In this document: positions 27,968-37,642 of the stretch, in pieces
How positions within the stretch are numbered: position 1 is the first letter of the stretch
Layout: each line of letters starts with the position of its first letter
Source of the DNA: Nitrospinota bacterium
GTDB lineage: Bacteria > UBA8248
Assembly: GCA_030754595.1 (NCBI GenBank)
Contig: JASLZZ010000084.1
Span: forward strand, 12,578-76,577
Reading direction: 5' to 3'
DNA: 64,000 bases
Translations under genes and position numbers: made by a program
The notes under the pieces: generated by a model
Databases searched by the model: none
What the model was told of the DNA's origin: nothing
Seen by the model: the letters and a program-made list of their open reading frames with translations, nothing else

Positions 27968-29710
27968 TTGAGCAACTCCGCTTTCCAGGTCCGTAAATGC
28001 GATGTGCTCATCCTGGGATCGGGGGGCGCCGGGCTGCTCGCGGCGCTGGCGGCCTACGAGGCCGACCCCGCCCTCGATATCCTCATCGCCGTCAAGGGCC
28101 TGTTCGGGAAAAGTGGGTGCACCCGCATGGTCCAGGGCGGCTACAACGTCGCCCTCTCCGATAGCGATTCGGTCGAAAACCACTTCATGGACACGGTGCG
28201 GGCGGGTGCCTGGCTCAACGACCAGGACCTCGCATGGGAACTCGTCAGCCGCGCTCCTGGCTGCATCCGCAGGCTCGAGACCGTCTGCGGCGCCTTCTTC
28301 GACCGGAGTCCGGACGGCGAGATCCACCAGAAGGCCTTCGCCGGCCAGAGTTTCGACCGCACCGTCCACAAAGGCGACCTCACCGGCATCGAACTCACGA
28401 ACCGCGCCTCCGAGCAGATAATCCGCCGAGGGATTCCCGTTCTCGAGGAGCGCCGCGCAATCGCTCTCTTGCCCGATTCGGGTGCGGCCGGCCGGGTCGC
28501 CGGGTCGATGCTCCTCGATATCCGGAGCGGTGAGTTCACCGCCGTCAACGCGAAATGCACCCTTCTCGCGACCGGCGGAGGCCCCACATTCTACAAATAC
28601 TCGGCCTGCGCGCAGGAGCTCGCCACCGACGGGATGGCGATGGCCTGGGAGGCGGGCGCGGACCTTTGCGACATGGAGATGGTCCAGTTCCATCCGACGG
28701 GAATTCTCACGGGCGAGGGACTCCAGATCACCGGAACCCTGCTGGAGGAGGGGCTGCGCGGCGCGGGTGGCCATCTGCTCAACGGCCGTGGTGAGCGCTA
28801 CATGGAGCGCTACGACCCCGAGCGGATGGAGCGCTCAACGCGCGACCTGGTGGCTCGCGCGGGCTACACCGAGATCAAGGAGGGCCGCGGCACCGAGAAC
28901 GGCGGCGTTTTCATCGACGTAAGCCATCTCGGGGCGGATTTCGTCCGAAAGAATTTCAGGGGGATGGTGGATCGATGCGCCGATTTGGGCTTCGATCTCG
29001 CGGGAGCGCCCGTCGAGGTCTCCCCGACGGCGCACTACATGATGGGTGGCGCGAAGATAGACACCGGCTGCCGGACGAGTCTCCCAGGCCTTTTCGCGGC
29101 GGGCGAGGACGCCGGCGGCACCCATGGGGCGAATCGCCTCGGTGGAAACGGGGTAGCGAACTCCACCGTGTTCGGCGAGGTGGCCGGGCGAGAGATGGCG
29201 GCCGAGGCCGGCGGCGCTCCGTTCGAGAGTTTTGATCGCGGCTCGGCTGAAGCGTCGGTTGAGGAAGCGTTGGCAGCCCTCGGCGACGGGGACTCTCCTT
29301 ATCCCGTCCGCGCCTCGCTCAAGGAGCTGATGTGGAAAAAAATCGGTCTTCGGCGCAACGGGGCCGACCTGGCTGCGGGCCTCGAGGAAATCGCCTCTCT
29401 CGGGGAGCGGGCGGCCCGGGCCCGCGCCGGTGGAGGCCGGGCCTACAACATCGCCTGGCAGAATGTCCTTGACGTTTGCAACCAGATCGCCGTGGCGGAG
29501 TTGATCGCACGGAGCGCCATCGAGCGCGACGAGAGTCGGGGCAGCCACTACCGGGACGACATTCCCGAGCAAAAACAGGGCGCGCTCTATAACGTTTTCA
29601 TTTCGAAGCGGGGCGAGAAGGCCGCCGTCGAACGCCGTCCGGTCCGCTTCACCCGTGTCAAGCCGGGCGAGGAACTCGCCGCCGCCGAGCCCGTCAATTT
29701 TATGGATTGA
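27968..29710 (+). CDS. Succinate dehydrogenase/fumarate reductase-like flavoprotein subunit (divergent)
   Basis: GSGGAG, LATGG, MEMVQFHPTG, STRD, AHYMMGG, HGANRLGGN, RDESRGSHYRDD. Confidence 0.9.
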   Translation: MSNSAFQVRKCDVLILGSGGAGLLAALAAYEADPALDILIAVKGLFGKSGCTRMVQGGYNVALSDSDSVENHFMDTVRAGAWLNDQDLAWELVSRAPGCIRRLETVCGAFFDRSPDGEIHQKAFAGQSFDRTVHKGDLTGIELTNRASEQIIRRGIPVLEERRAIALLPDSGAAGRVAGSMLLDIRSGEFTAVNAKCTLLATGGGPTFYKYSACAQELATDGMAMAWEAGADLCDMEMVQFHPTGILTGEGLQITGTLLEEGLRGAGGHLLNGRGERYMERYDPERMERSTRDLVARAGYTEIKEGRGTENGGVFIDVSHLGADFVRKNFRGMVDRCADLGFDLAGAPVEVSPTAHYMMGGAKIDTGCRTSLPGLFAAGEDAGGTHGANRLGGNGVANSTVFGEVAGREMAAEAGGAPFESFDRGSAEASVEEALAALGDGDSPYPVRASLKELMWKKIGLRRNGADLAAGLEEIASLGERAARARAGGGRAYNIAWQNVLDVCNQIAVAELIARSAIERDESRGSHYRDDIPEQKQGALYNVFISKRGEKAAVERRPVRFTRVKPGEELAAAEPVNFMD

Positions 29711-29744
29711 TGACTGAGAAATCAGGCATGAGAAAGGAGATGTG

Positions 29745-30089
29745 ATGGCTTCCCTGTCCGGCCCTCCGGCCCGGCCCCCGTTTTGGAATCTTTCGGCGTG
29801 GCGGGCCATGTATCCGGGCATGTGGGCGTGGGTGATTCAGCGCCTCTCGGCTGTGGTGCTGCTCGTTATTTTTCCTTTCCATGTCCTGAATCCCTACAAT
29901 AAGTGGCTGCGGATTGCCGTGCTGGCGCTCGTGATTCTTCACGGAATGCACGGCCTCAAGGTGATTTTCACCGATTTCGGGTTTCCCGCGCGGCATCAAC
30001 GCAAGTTGCTTTGGGTCTTGACGGCGCTAGGAGCCGCCGCGTTTTTCTGGCTCGCCTATCTCCGAAAGGCCTTTTGGGGATTTTTTTGA
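29745..30089 (+). CDS. SdhC-like cytochrome b membrane anchor
   Basis: GMWAWVIQRLS, three TM segments, H...HG..GLKVI..D; its TGA overlaps the next ATG. Confidence 0.82.
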   Translation: MASLSGPPARPPFWNLSAWRAMYPGMWAWVIQRLSAVVLLVIFPFHVLNPYNKWLRIAVLALVILHGMHGLKVIFTDFGFPARHQRKLLWVLTALGAAAFFWLAYLRKAFWGFF

Positions 30090-30847
30090 TGGTGGGTGGC
30101 GGCGTCATTTTCCGCGTTCGGCGCGGCGGCGAGGCGGGCGATCCCCAAGAGCGATACCAGACCTACGCCATCACGCCGCGCCCGAGGATGACCGTCCTCG
30201 ACGTGCTGACCTCCATCCAGAGCGAACAGGACGCCTCCCTTGTGTTTCGCTATTCCTGCCGGGTGGGAATGTGCGGAACCTGCGCCCTCCGGGTGAACGG
30301 GCGGCCCCGCTGGGCCTGCCGGACGCTGATCACGGAGCTGGGCGAAAGCGTAACCCTCGAGCCACTGGCGAATTTCCCCCTCATCCGCGATCTGGCCGTG
30401 GACATGACGCCCTTCAGCGACGGCCTGAAACGCGTGCGGGCCTGGGCCGAGCCCACCGAGGCCGCCGCCTCCGCTCCGGCGCGGATCCTTCCCAGCAGTA
30501 GAGAGCGGGTCCGGATCGATCCCCATATCGAGTGCATCACCTGCGGTATCTGCTATTCTGCCTGCTCCATGCTGGGACACGATCCGGCTTTTCTGGGACC
30601 CGCGGCGCTCAACCGGGCCTATACCCTGGTGTGTGACAGCCGAGACGCGGCGAGCGCGGAGCGGTTGGCCGAGGTGTCCGGGGAGCAGGGCATCTGGCGG
30701 TGCCACAGCCAGTTCAACTGCACCGAGGCCTGCCCAAAAGGAATCAGTCCGGCCACCGCCATTCAGGGCCTCAAGCGACAGGCGGCGGCGAGCGGGGCGA
30801 AATCTTTTGTCTCGTCCATCATCGGGGGCCGCGCCCCCGGAGCATAA
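30089..30847 (+). CDS. SdhB/FrdB-like iron-sulfur subunit
   Basis: SCRVGMCGTC...C (2Fe-2S), CITCGICYSAC and CHSQFNCTEACP cluster motifs; DLAVD. Confidence 0.92.
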   Translation: MVGGGVIFRVRRGGEAGDPQERYQTYAITPRPRMTVLDVLTSIQSEQDASLVFRYSCRVGMCGTCALRVNGRPRWACRTLITELGESVTLEPLANFPLIRDLAVDMTPFSDGLKRVRAWAEPTEAAASAPARILPSSRERVRIDPHIECITCGICYSACSMLGHDPAFLGPAALNRAYTLVCDSRDAASAERLAEVSGEQGIWRCHSQFNCTEACPKGISPATAIQGLKRQAAASGAKSFVSSIIGGRAPGA

Positions 30848-30893
30848 TAATAATTATCTCTCCTACAGGAGAGATTTTTAGGAGGATCAGGCG

Positions 30894-31844
30894 ATGCCTA
30901 CCGCAACCGGCGCCTTCATCGGCGCCGACCTTACCCGGGAAGTCGCTTTCGAGCTCAACCGACGCGCTGCGATTCACATTCCGGGCGATGTCCGCCAGAG
31001 CGTTCGTGGCATGGCCGAGCGCGAGACCGAGCGGCTGTCGAAATTCGTCCTGCTCGAAATCGTGAACAACTACGAGGTGGCGGACGAGGACCTCCGTCCC
31101 ATGTGCGCCGACACCGGGCTTCCGCGCTTTTACGCCAAGGTTGGGAACGAGGCACGCCTTGAGGGCGGTTTCGTCGCTTTCGAGAGGAGCATTCGCGAGG
31201 CGACTGCCCGCGCGACGACTGAAATTCCCCTTCGCCCGAACCGCGTTCATCCGATCACGCGGTACGATTACAACAACAACGTCGGCATCCACGCGCCGAG
31301 CGTGGACTACTCCTGGGAGCCCGGGGCCGACTGGGTGGAAATGACCGCCTTCCACAAGGGGGGCCTGTTTGGCGGCGACTACCGGATGCTCTTCCCCGGG
31401 GACGGAATCGACGGAATCCGCCGATTCTACCTCGATGTCATCAGCGAGTTTTTCAAGCGCGGGCTTTCCTGCCAGCCGGCCATCGTCGGCATCGGCATCG
31501 GCGGGACGAAGGATACCTGCGTGAAACTGGCAAAGGAGGCGGCCTGCCTGCGCGTGGTGGGCGACCGGAATCCCGATCCACAGATCGCCGATCTCGAGGA
31601 CGAGCTCGTCGAACTGGGCAAGCGATCCACCCTCGGTGCGATGGGCTTCAAGGGCGAAGGCGCGGTGATGGACGCCCACATCGAGGTCGCCTACACTCAC
31701 ACGGGCGGGATGCCCGTTTCCATTCACCACCAATGTTTCGCCCTGCGGCGGAGCACCGCGCGGATCCACCCGGACGGGGAGGTCGAGTACCGCGAGGACC
31801 CGCGGTGGTTCACCGATTACTACCGCCGCGATTCGGTGAGTTGA
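30894..31844 (+). CDS. Fe-S hydro-lyase alpha subunit (class I fumarase / tartrate dehydratase family, divergent)
   Basis: PMCADTG, PLRPN, CQPAIVGIGIGG, LGAMGFKG, CFALRR. Confidence 0.88.
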   Translation: MPTATGAFIGADLTREVAFELNRRAAIHIPGDVRQSVRGMAERETERLSKFVLLEIVNNYEVADEDLRPMCADTGLPRFYAKVGNEARLEGGFVAFERSIREATARATTEIPLRPNRVHPITRYDYNNNVGIHAPSVDYSWEPGADWVEMTAFHKGGLFGGDYRMLFPGDGIDGIRRFYLDVISEFFKRGLSCQPAIVGIGIGGTKDTCVKLAKEAACLRVVGDRNPDPQIADLEDELVELGKRSTLGAMGFKGEGAVMDAHIEVAYTHTGGMPVSIHHQCFALRRSTARIHPDGEVEYREDPRWFTDYYRRDSVS

Positions 31845-31861
31845 CCGGGGATTTTTTGGCC

Positions 31862-32551
31862 ATGAGCGAAAAGAACACATCGGACCTCCTGATGGACGAG
31901 CACCTCCTCGAGACTTCCGTTTCGCGGGAGGCGCTGGATAAGCTCAGGATAGGCGACATCGTGCGTCTGAACGGCGTGATTTTCACGGGCCGAATCGGGC
32001 TTTATAAAAAACTCTTTGACGAGGAGGCCGAGCCGCCCGTCGATATCGCCGCACTCACGAACGTTACTTTTCATTGCTCCCCCGCGGTGGGCGAAAAAGC
32101 GCCCGGCGAGTGGGAGGTCTCAGCCGTTACGGCGACGGCGAGTTTTCGATTCGAGAAGCATCTGCCTCTGCTCATGGAGCGGCACGGCGTCCGCTGTGTG
32201 ATTGGCAAAGGGGGAATGTCCCCCGAGTTCTACCGGGACCATTTCAAGCGCCTCGGCGGGGTGTTCTTGAATACGGTGGGGTACGGCATCGGTGCGCAGT
32301 ACGGCAGGGGCGTCCAGAGGGTCGAGGCGGTGCACTGGCTCAAGGAGCTGGGCATTGCCCAGGCGATGTGGGTGCTCCGGGTGAAAAACTTCGGGCCATT
32401 CCTCGTCGAGTGCGATACGGAAGGAAACAGCCTCTACGAGATGGCGATGAAGGAAACCAACGAGAATCTCAAGGGGCTTTACGCCGATCTCCCGCTGCCC
32501 ACCCTCAAGCGAATGGGCGAGGTGCATAACCCCGAGGACGAAGTGTTCTGA
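31862..32551 (+). CDS. Fe-S hydro-lyase beta subunit (fumarase / tartrate dehydratase family)
   Basis: LRIGDIVRLNG.IFTGR, IGKGGM, ELG..AMW.L.VKNFGP...D..GNSLY. Confidence 0.88.
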   Translation: MSEKNTSDLLMDEHLLETSVSREALDKLRIGDIVRLNGVIFTGRIGLYKKLFDEEAEPPVDIAALTNVTFHCSPAVGEKAPGEWEVSAVTATASFRFEKHLPLLMERHGVRCVIGKGGMSPEFYRDHFKRLGGVFLNTVGYGIGAQYGRGVQRVEAVHWLKELGIAQAMWVLRVKNFGPFLVECDTEGNSLYEMAMKETNENLKGLYADLPLPTLKRMGEVHNPEDEVF

Positions 32552-32566
32552 TCCGGGTCGCTCTCA

Positions 32567-33853
32567 ATGGGAAAAATTCGAATGAACCAAAATCAGGTTA
32601 TACGGGCCAACCGCGCCCGCATGAAAAAAGAGTTCGACGCGCAGTCGAGGATCGGCCGCCACGGCAAAACCGGGTTGGCGAGAGTCGCCCTCACCCCCGA
32701 CTACAACCGGGTACGGGAACTCGTTCGGCGATGGATGGAGTCCGCCGGGCTCAAGACGCGGGTGGACGCCGTGGGGAATCTCATCGGCAGGAAAGAGGGC
32801 CGGGTGAAGGGGTTTCCCGCTGTGATGGCCGGCTCACATCTGGACTCGCAGAATCCGGGAGGGCGCTTCGACGGCCCCGCCGGGGTGCTGTCCGCCCTTG
32901 AGGCCGTCCGACGAATCGGCGAGACGGGCGCCGCCCACGACCATCCACTGGAGGTCGTCGCCTTCGTCGGAGAAGAATCCACCTGCGGGCTCGTGACGTT
33001 CGGGAGCAGTGTCATGGCCGGGCAGGTGGGAGCCGCTGCGATGAAGGCGGCGGTTCACTCACCGACCGGCAAGTCGGTCTACGAGGCGGTCCGGCTGGCG
33101 GGGGGGAATCCTTCGCGGGTGAAAAGCTGCCGCCTCCCCCGGGATTCGCTGAAGGCGTTTATCGAGCTTCACATCGAGCAGGGACCCGTTCTCGAGGCGG
33201 CGGGGGTGCCCGTCGGTGTCGTCGACACCATCGTCGGTGCGCTCAGGGGGGATATTCACTTCGAGGGCCAGACGGCTCACTCGGGCGGACAGCCCATGCC
33301 CTACCGGCGCGACGCGGCCATGGCCGCCGCGGATTTCATGTTGGAGATGGAGGGCGCGGCGCGGCGGGCGCCCGAGAGCCAACGGATGACGCTGACGTTC
33401 GGGGTGATATCGGCCCGGCCGGGATGGGTTTCGATTGTGCCGGGCGGAGCGAGCATTTCATTCGATCTGAGAAGCAAAAGCGATAAGGCGTCGGCGGCGA
33501 TGCTCGGGCGGATGAGGAAAGCGCTCGGGCGAATTCAAAAAAGACGCGAGGTGAGGGGGCAGCTTAAGCTTAGTGTGAAGTACGCGGCCTGTCCGGCCTC
33601 TCGGGGAATCCGCCGGGCGATTGAGCGGGCGGCCGGTGAGACGGGCCACCCTTCGATGACGCTATCGAGCGGGGGAATTCACGACGCCTGCCGGATCGCC
33701 GCCCTGTGTCCGATCGGGATGGTTTTTGTACCCTCGGTGAAGGGGCTTTCGCATACTCCGGAAGAGTACACGCGGTTTCAAGATATCGCGGTCGGGGCCG
33801 AGGTGTTGACCTCGGCGATGTTGCGGCTGGCCGGACGCCGCGTGAAGGCGTAA
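32567..33853 (+). CDS. Zn-dependent N-carbamoyl-amino-acid / allantoate amidohydrolase family (M20)
   Basis: DAVGN, GSHLDS..GGRFDG..GV, GEE, ELHIEQGP, HSG..PM..RRDA, HDA, SH.PEE. Confidence 0.92.
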   Translation: MGKIRMNQNQVIRANRARMKKEFDAQSRIGRHGKTGLARVALTPDYNRVRELVRRWMESAGLKTRVDAVGNLIGRKEGRVKGFPAVMAGSHLDSQNPGGRFDGPAGVLSALEAVRRIGETGAAHDHPLEVVAFVGEESTCGLVTFGSSVMAGQVGAAAMKAAVHSPTGKSVYEAVRLAGGNPSRVKSCRLPRDSLKAFIELHIEQGPVLEAAGVPVGVVDTIVGALRGDIHFEGQTAHSGGQPMPYRRDAAMAAADFMLEMEGAARRAPESQRMTLTFGVISARPGWVSIVPGGASISFDLRSKSDKASAAMLGRMRKALGRIQKRREVRGQLKLSVKYAACPASRGIRRAIERAAGETGHPSMTLSSGGIHDACRIAALCPIGMVFVPSVKGLSHTPEEYTRFQDIAVGAEVLTSAMLRLAGRRVKA

Positions 33854-33871
33854 GGGCCGGCGCCTCTTTTC

Positions 33872-34483
33872 TTATTTTTCCTCGATCCATCTTGCGGCAA
33901 AGGGACGGCCGCCGCCGGTGATGATCCCGGCGTCGGAGTCCGCCCAGTCGGCGTAGAAAATCAGGGAAGCTTCATAACTCGTGGCGCGGGTGTTGCTAGC
34001 CCGCGTGTGAGTGATGACGAGATGGGCGAGTTCCATCGCCTTGGGCAGGTCTTTCTCCCAGATTTTATGCGCCCCGTAGACGCCGTGCTGAATTTTCGAG
34101 CCGAATTCGGTTTTCCTAGCGGACAGGATGCTACCTCCGCTCGGCTGCCCTCCCGGGTCGGGCTCGCTTTCGATGGGTTTTGAAATATCGTGGAGGAGGC
34201 AGGCGGCGATGAGCAGGTCGCCGTCCACGGTGATTCCGTGAATTTTCTCCGCAACCTCGGCCAGGGCGAGGGCCATCCGGGTAACGCCCTGGATATGGCC
34301 TATTAGGGGTTCGTGTTTTTCAAGCGTCAGGTTCTTTGGAATATCCTCGAAGCGCTCCCAGGCGGTCTCGTCGGCGAGTTCGAGCCAAATCTCAACGACC
34401 CCCTCTCTAAGGGTCTTGTCCTGAATCTGGTCCACCTCGGGAAATATTTTTCGGATCCCCTCGGCGTCGATCTGGATGGCCAT
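33872..34483 (-). CDS. HD-domain phosphohydrolase
   Basis: H...V, D.LIAACLLHDISK, QHG, TH, EA..I.YAD. Confidence 0.82.
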   Translation of the reverse strand: MAIQIDAEGIRKIFPEVDQIQDKTLREGVVEIWLELADETAWERFEDIPKNLTLEKHEPLIGHIQGVTRMALALAEVAEKIHGITVDGDLLIAACLLHDISKPIESEPDPGGQPSGGSILSARKTEFGSKIQHGVYGAHKIWEKDLPKAMELAHLVITHTRASNTRATSYEASLIFYADWADSDAGIITGGGRPFAARWIEEK

Positions 34484-34719
34484 GCGGTATGCCCCCCGGT
34501 TTGTGAGAAAAGGAAATAGGGTAATGCGTGAGGGTGAGATTTTATGCCGGAGGAGCGCCCGAAACAACGGACAGGGCGCGCGGGGGAAAGGGGTCCCACC
34601 ATTCGCGGGGAGGGCGGGATAAGTCCCCCCCGGCTTCAACCAGAGGCGGAATTGGTCTAACATGGCGGGGCGCCACCGCAATTTCGAGGAATTTCGGGGA
34701 AATACCCGAGGAGTCCACC

Positions 34720-35862
34720 GTGCCCATCGCCACCCACCCGGAACTCAACGACGCTCACGCAGCGCTGAAGGAGTTATCGAATTCTTTCGCTAATAGCCGC
34801 CTTTTGCCCGGCGCCGCCGAGCGCGATCGCAGCGGCGAATTTCCCGACGACATTTATAGAGAAGCGGCCGGCCACGGTCTGGTTGGACTGAACATCCCCG
34901 AGCGCTTCGGCGGGGGCGGCCTCGGTCTGACGGAATCGGCGCTCGTTCTTGAGGAACTGGCGTGTGTAGATGGCAGCTTCGCGCTGACGGTGGGCGCCTC
35001 GGCCGGTCTCGCGGCGGGGCACATCCTGCGGGCGGGGACCGAGGAGCAGGCAGCTCGGTGGCTACCTCTTCTCACGGGCGGCGAACTCGGTGCGTGGGCG
35101 CTGACCGAGCCGGGTTCGGGGAGCGACGCAGCGGCCCTCCGCTGCAGAGCGGAGCGAAAGGGCGGCTCCTACACCCTCAACGGCTCAAAAATGTTCATTT
35201 CGCAGGGCAGCCTTTTTTCGGTCATGGTCCTCATCGCCCGTACGGGGGAGGGAAGGGGCGGAATCAGCGCTCTCGCGGTCGAGGCTTCCGACGCGGGCCG
35301 CGAGAGCCGCCCGATTCCCGGGAAACTGGGCATGCGGTCGATGGACACCGCCGAGGTCGTGTTCGAGGGTTGCGAAATTCCCGCCGGCCGCCTCCTCGGC
35401 GGGGAGGGAGAGGGATTCTCGCACGTGGTGGATGTATTGACGGAGGGTAGAATCAGCGTGGGCGCGATCGCCCTCGGTCTCGGGCAGGGGGCGCTCGATG
35501 CGGCCCTTGACCATTCTCGAAGCCGGGAGGCGTTTGGGCGGTCCATCGAGAGATTCACAGGAATCAGGGAGCAGCTTGCCGACTGCGCGATTGCGCTGGC
35601 GGCGGGCCGGGGGTTGGTCTACCGGGCCGCGCGGTATGCCGATTCGGGCAAGGACGCGGGCGTCCTCGCGCCCAAGGCGAAACTCTTTTCCAGCGAGGCG
35701 GCCCTGCGCGTCTGTGACCGGAGCATTCAGATCCACGGTGGTTATGGGTATATCGACGAATACCCCGCGCACCGCTTCTGGCGGGACGCGCGGCTGCTCA
35801 CCATCGGCGAGGGGACGAGCGAGATCCTTCGAGGGTTCATCTCGCGGTCCGAGTTTAAGTAA
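34720..35862 (+). CDS. Acyl-CoA dehydrogenase
   Basis: ALTEPGSGSD, LNGSKMFI, KLGMR, QIHGGYGY, IGEGTSEI. GTG start after GAGGAG. Confidence 0.93.
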   Translation: MPIATHPELNDAHAALKELSNSFANSRLLPGAAERDRSGEFPDDIYREAAGHGLVGLNIPERFGGGGLGLTESALVLEELACVDGSFALTVGASAGLAAGHILRAGTEEQAARWLPLLTGGELGAWALTEPGSGSDAAALRCRAERKGGSYTLNGSKMFISQGSLFSVMVLIARTGEGRGGISALAVEASDAGRESRPIPGKLGMRSMDTAEVVFEGCEIPAGRLLGGEGEGFSHVVDVLTEGRISVGAIALGLGQGALDAALDHSRSREAFGRSIERFTGIREQLADCAIALAAGRGLVYRAARYADSGKDAGVLAPKAKLFSSEAALRVCDRSIQIHGGYGYIDEYPAHRFWRDARLLTIGEGTSEILRGFISRSEFK

Positions 35863-35876
35863 TATTGAGGCCGGCG

Positions 35877-37019
35877 ATGGCGGACGATGATATTTTAACC
35901 GAAGAGCAGAGCATGGTTCGCGGGATGGTTCGCGATTTTTGCGAGAGCGAGGCCGCCCCGCGTGCCGCCGAGACGGATGCCGGCCGGTTTCCCCGGGAAC
36001 TGGCCGGAAGGATGGCGGAGCTCGGGCTGCTCGGAATGACCGTCCCCGCCAGTGAGGGTGGCGGCGGAATGGATGAAGTTTCCCTTGCGCTCGCGATGGA
36101 GGAAATTTCGGCGGTATGTCCCTCGCTGAGCGTGGTCTTCGCCGTGCAAAATTCCCTGGTCTGCGCTCCACTCCACCATTATGGAAACGGGGAGCAAAAG
36201 AGGTACATCCTCCGGCCCTTGATTTCAGGTGAAAAACTCGGGTGTTTCGGGCTAAGCGAGCCCTCGGCCGGCTCGGACGCCGCCGCCCTCCGGACGGCGG
36301 CAACGCGCACCGGCGGCGGCTGGCGAATCAACGGGGCCAAGCGTTTTATATCGAACTCGAAAGAGGCCGATCTCTGCATCATTTTCGCCCTGACGGACCG
36401 GGAACTTGGCCACAAAGGGATTAGCGCCTTCATCGCCGATACGGGCGCCTCGGGGTTCGAGGTGGGCCGCCTCGAGGAGAAATTGGGCCTCGGCGGAAGC
36501 TCGGCCTGCGACCTGAGATTCGAGAACCTCGAGGTAGGCGGCGAATGCCTTCTTGGCGAGGAGGGGCAGGGCTTTGAGATCGCGATGACCATCCTCGACG
36601 CCGGGCGCATCGAGGTGGCGGCCCAGGCCGTGGGCTTCTCGAGGACCTGCCTGGACGCCTCCGTCGCCTATGCCCGGGAACGCGAATCCTTCGGACGGCC
36701 CATCGCCGGGCACCAGCCGATCAAGTGGAAAGTCGCCGACATCGCGACGGATATCGACGCCGCCCGGCTCCTCTACCTCCAGGCGGCCCGGCTCAAGGAC
36801 GCGGGCCGGCCCTTCTCGGCCGAGGCCGCGATGGCGAAGGTATTCGCCTCGGACATGGCCCAGCGCGCCACGAGCGAGGCCGTCCAAATCCACGGCGGGA
36901 ACGGCTACATGAGAGACTACCCGGTCGAGAGATTCTTCCGCGCCGCCAAGGCGACCCAGTTATACGAAGGCACCAACGAGATCCTCCGCCAGCTCATCGC
37001 CAAGCACCTCCTCTCCTAG
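35877..37019 (+). CDS. Acyl-CoA dehydrogenase (short-chain/butyryl-CoA type)
   Basis: LSEPSAGSD, INGAKRFISN, QIHGGNGY, LYEGTNEI. Confidence 0.93.
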   Translation: MADDDILTEEQSMVRGMVRDFCESEAAPRAAETDAGRFPRELAGRMAELGLLGMTVPASEGGGGMDEVSLALAMEEISAVCPSLSVVFAVQNSLVCAPLHHYGNGEQKRYILRPLISGEKLGCFGLSEPSAGSDAAALRTAATRTGGGWRINGAKRFISNSKEADLCIIFALTDRELGHKGISAFIADTGASGFEVGRLEEKLGLGGSSACDLRFENLEVGGECLLGEEGQGFEIAMTILDAGRIEVAAQAVGFSRTCLDASVAYARERESFGRPIAGHQPIKWKVADIATDIDAARLLYLQAARLKDAGRPFSAEAAMAKVFASDMAQRATSEAVQIHGGNGYMRDYPVERFFRAAKATQLYEGTNEILRQLIAKHLLS

Positions 37020-37642
37020 GCGGGCCCCCCAGGGCGAAAATTTCGGTCTCGTTCATAACGCCTTTAATAAAAATAGCTTGAATGTGAGTGCCATGCGGCT
37101 TGAATCTATAAACTCACGGCTCGAATCCAAAGGCCCCTCCGCGGGAGGCCCGCCCCGAATCCGTCCAACCGGTTTCAACTACTTTTCTATCAATCTGTTA
37201 TGGGTGCATGAGCGGTCTTTTCAGGTGAGGTGTAGGATGGGGTGCCCGCCGGGGCCAGCGGGAGGGGGAGGTCCCCGGCCAGCCCCTCGGACTTCGCCTC
37301 TCGCGCTTTTCTCATCCAGAGATCGAATTTTCCGGGATCAAGTCAACAATCGGGAAAGTCTTCGTCCCGCGCGCCCGGACCGGCCCCGCCGGGGGAGGAC
37401 GCGCGGGGTCACAGGCGGTTTTGTGATCGGAGGGAGATCAATCATTTGCGCCCCAAAATGGAGAAAATCGCTTTTTCATTAGCCGGTTATAGGCTTCCCG
37501 GCGGGAGGCGGCGCGGAGGAAGGAAAATTAGGCCGGATTTTGCTAGATTGAAAACAACGACACATTATTCCGGAAAAGAGCGGTGATGCCGTAATTCCTT
37601 TCAACCGGAACCAACATGCAACCATTCATAAGGGCTTAAAAC

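Noticed and set aside
30845..30853. TAATAATAA run after the SdhB-like gene
   Set aside because: Tandem stop codons in a short AT-rich spacer; no further signal.
37020..37640. ncRNA or small genes in the long intergenic gap (also 5560-5880)
   Set aside because: No recognisable riboswitch, tRNA or repeat pattern; the ORFs there lack motifs and convincing RBSs.
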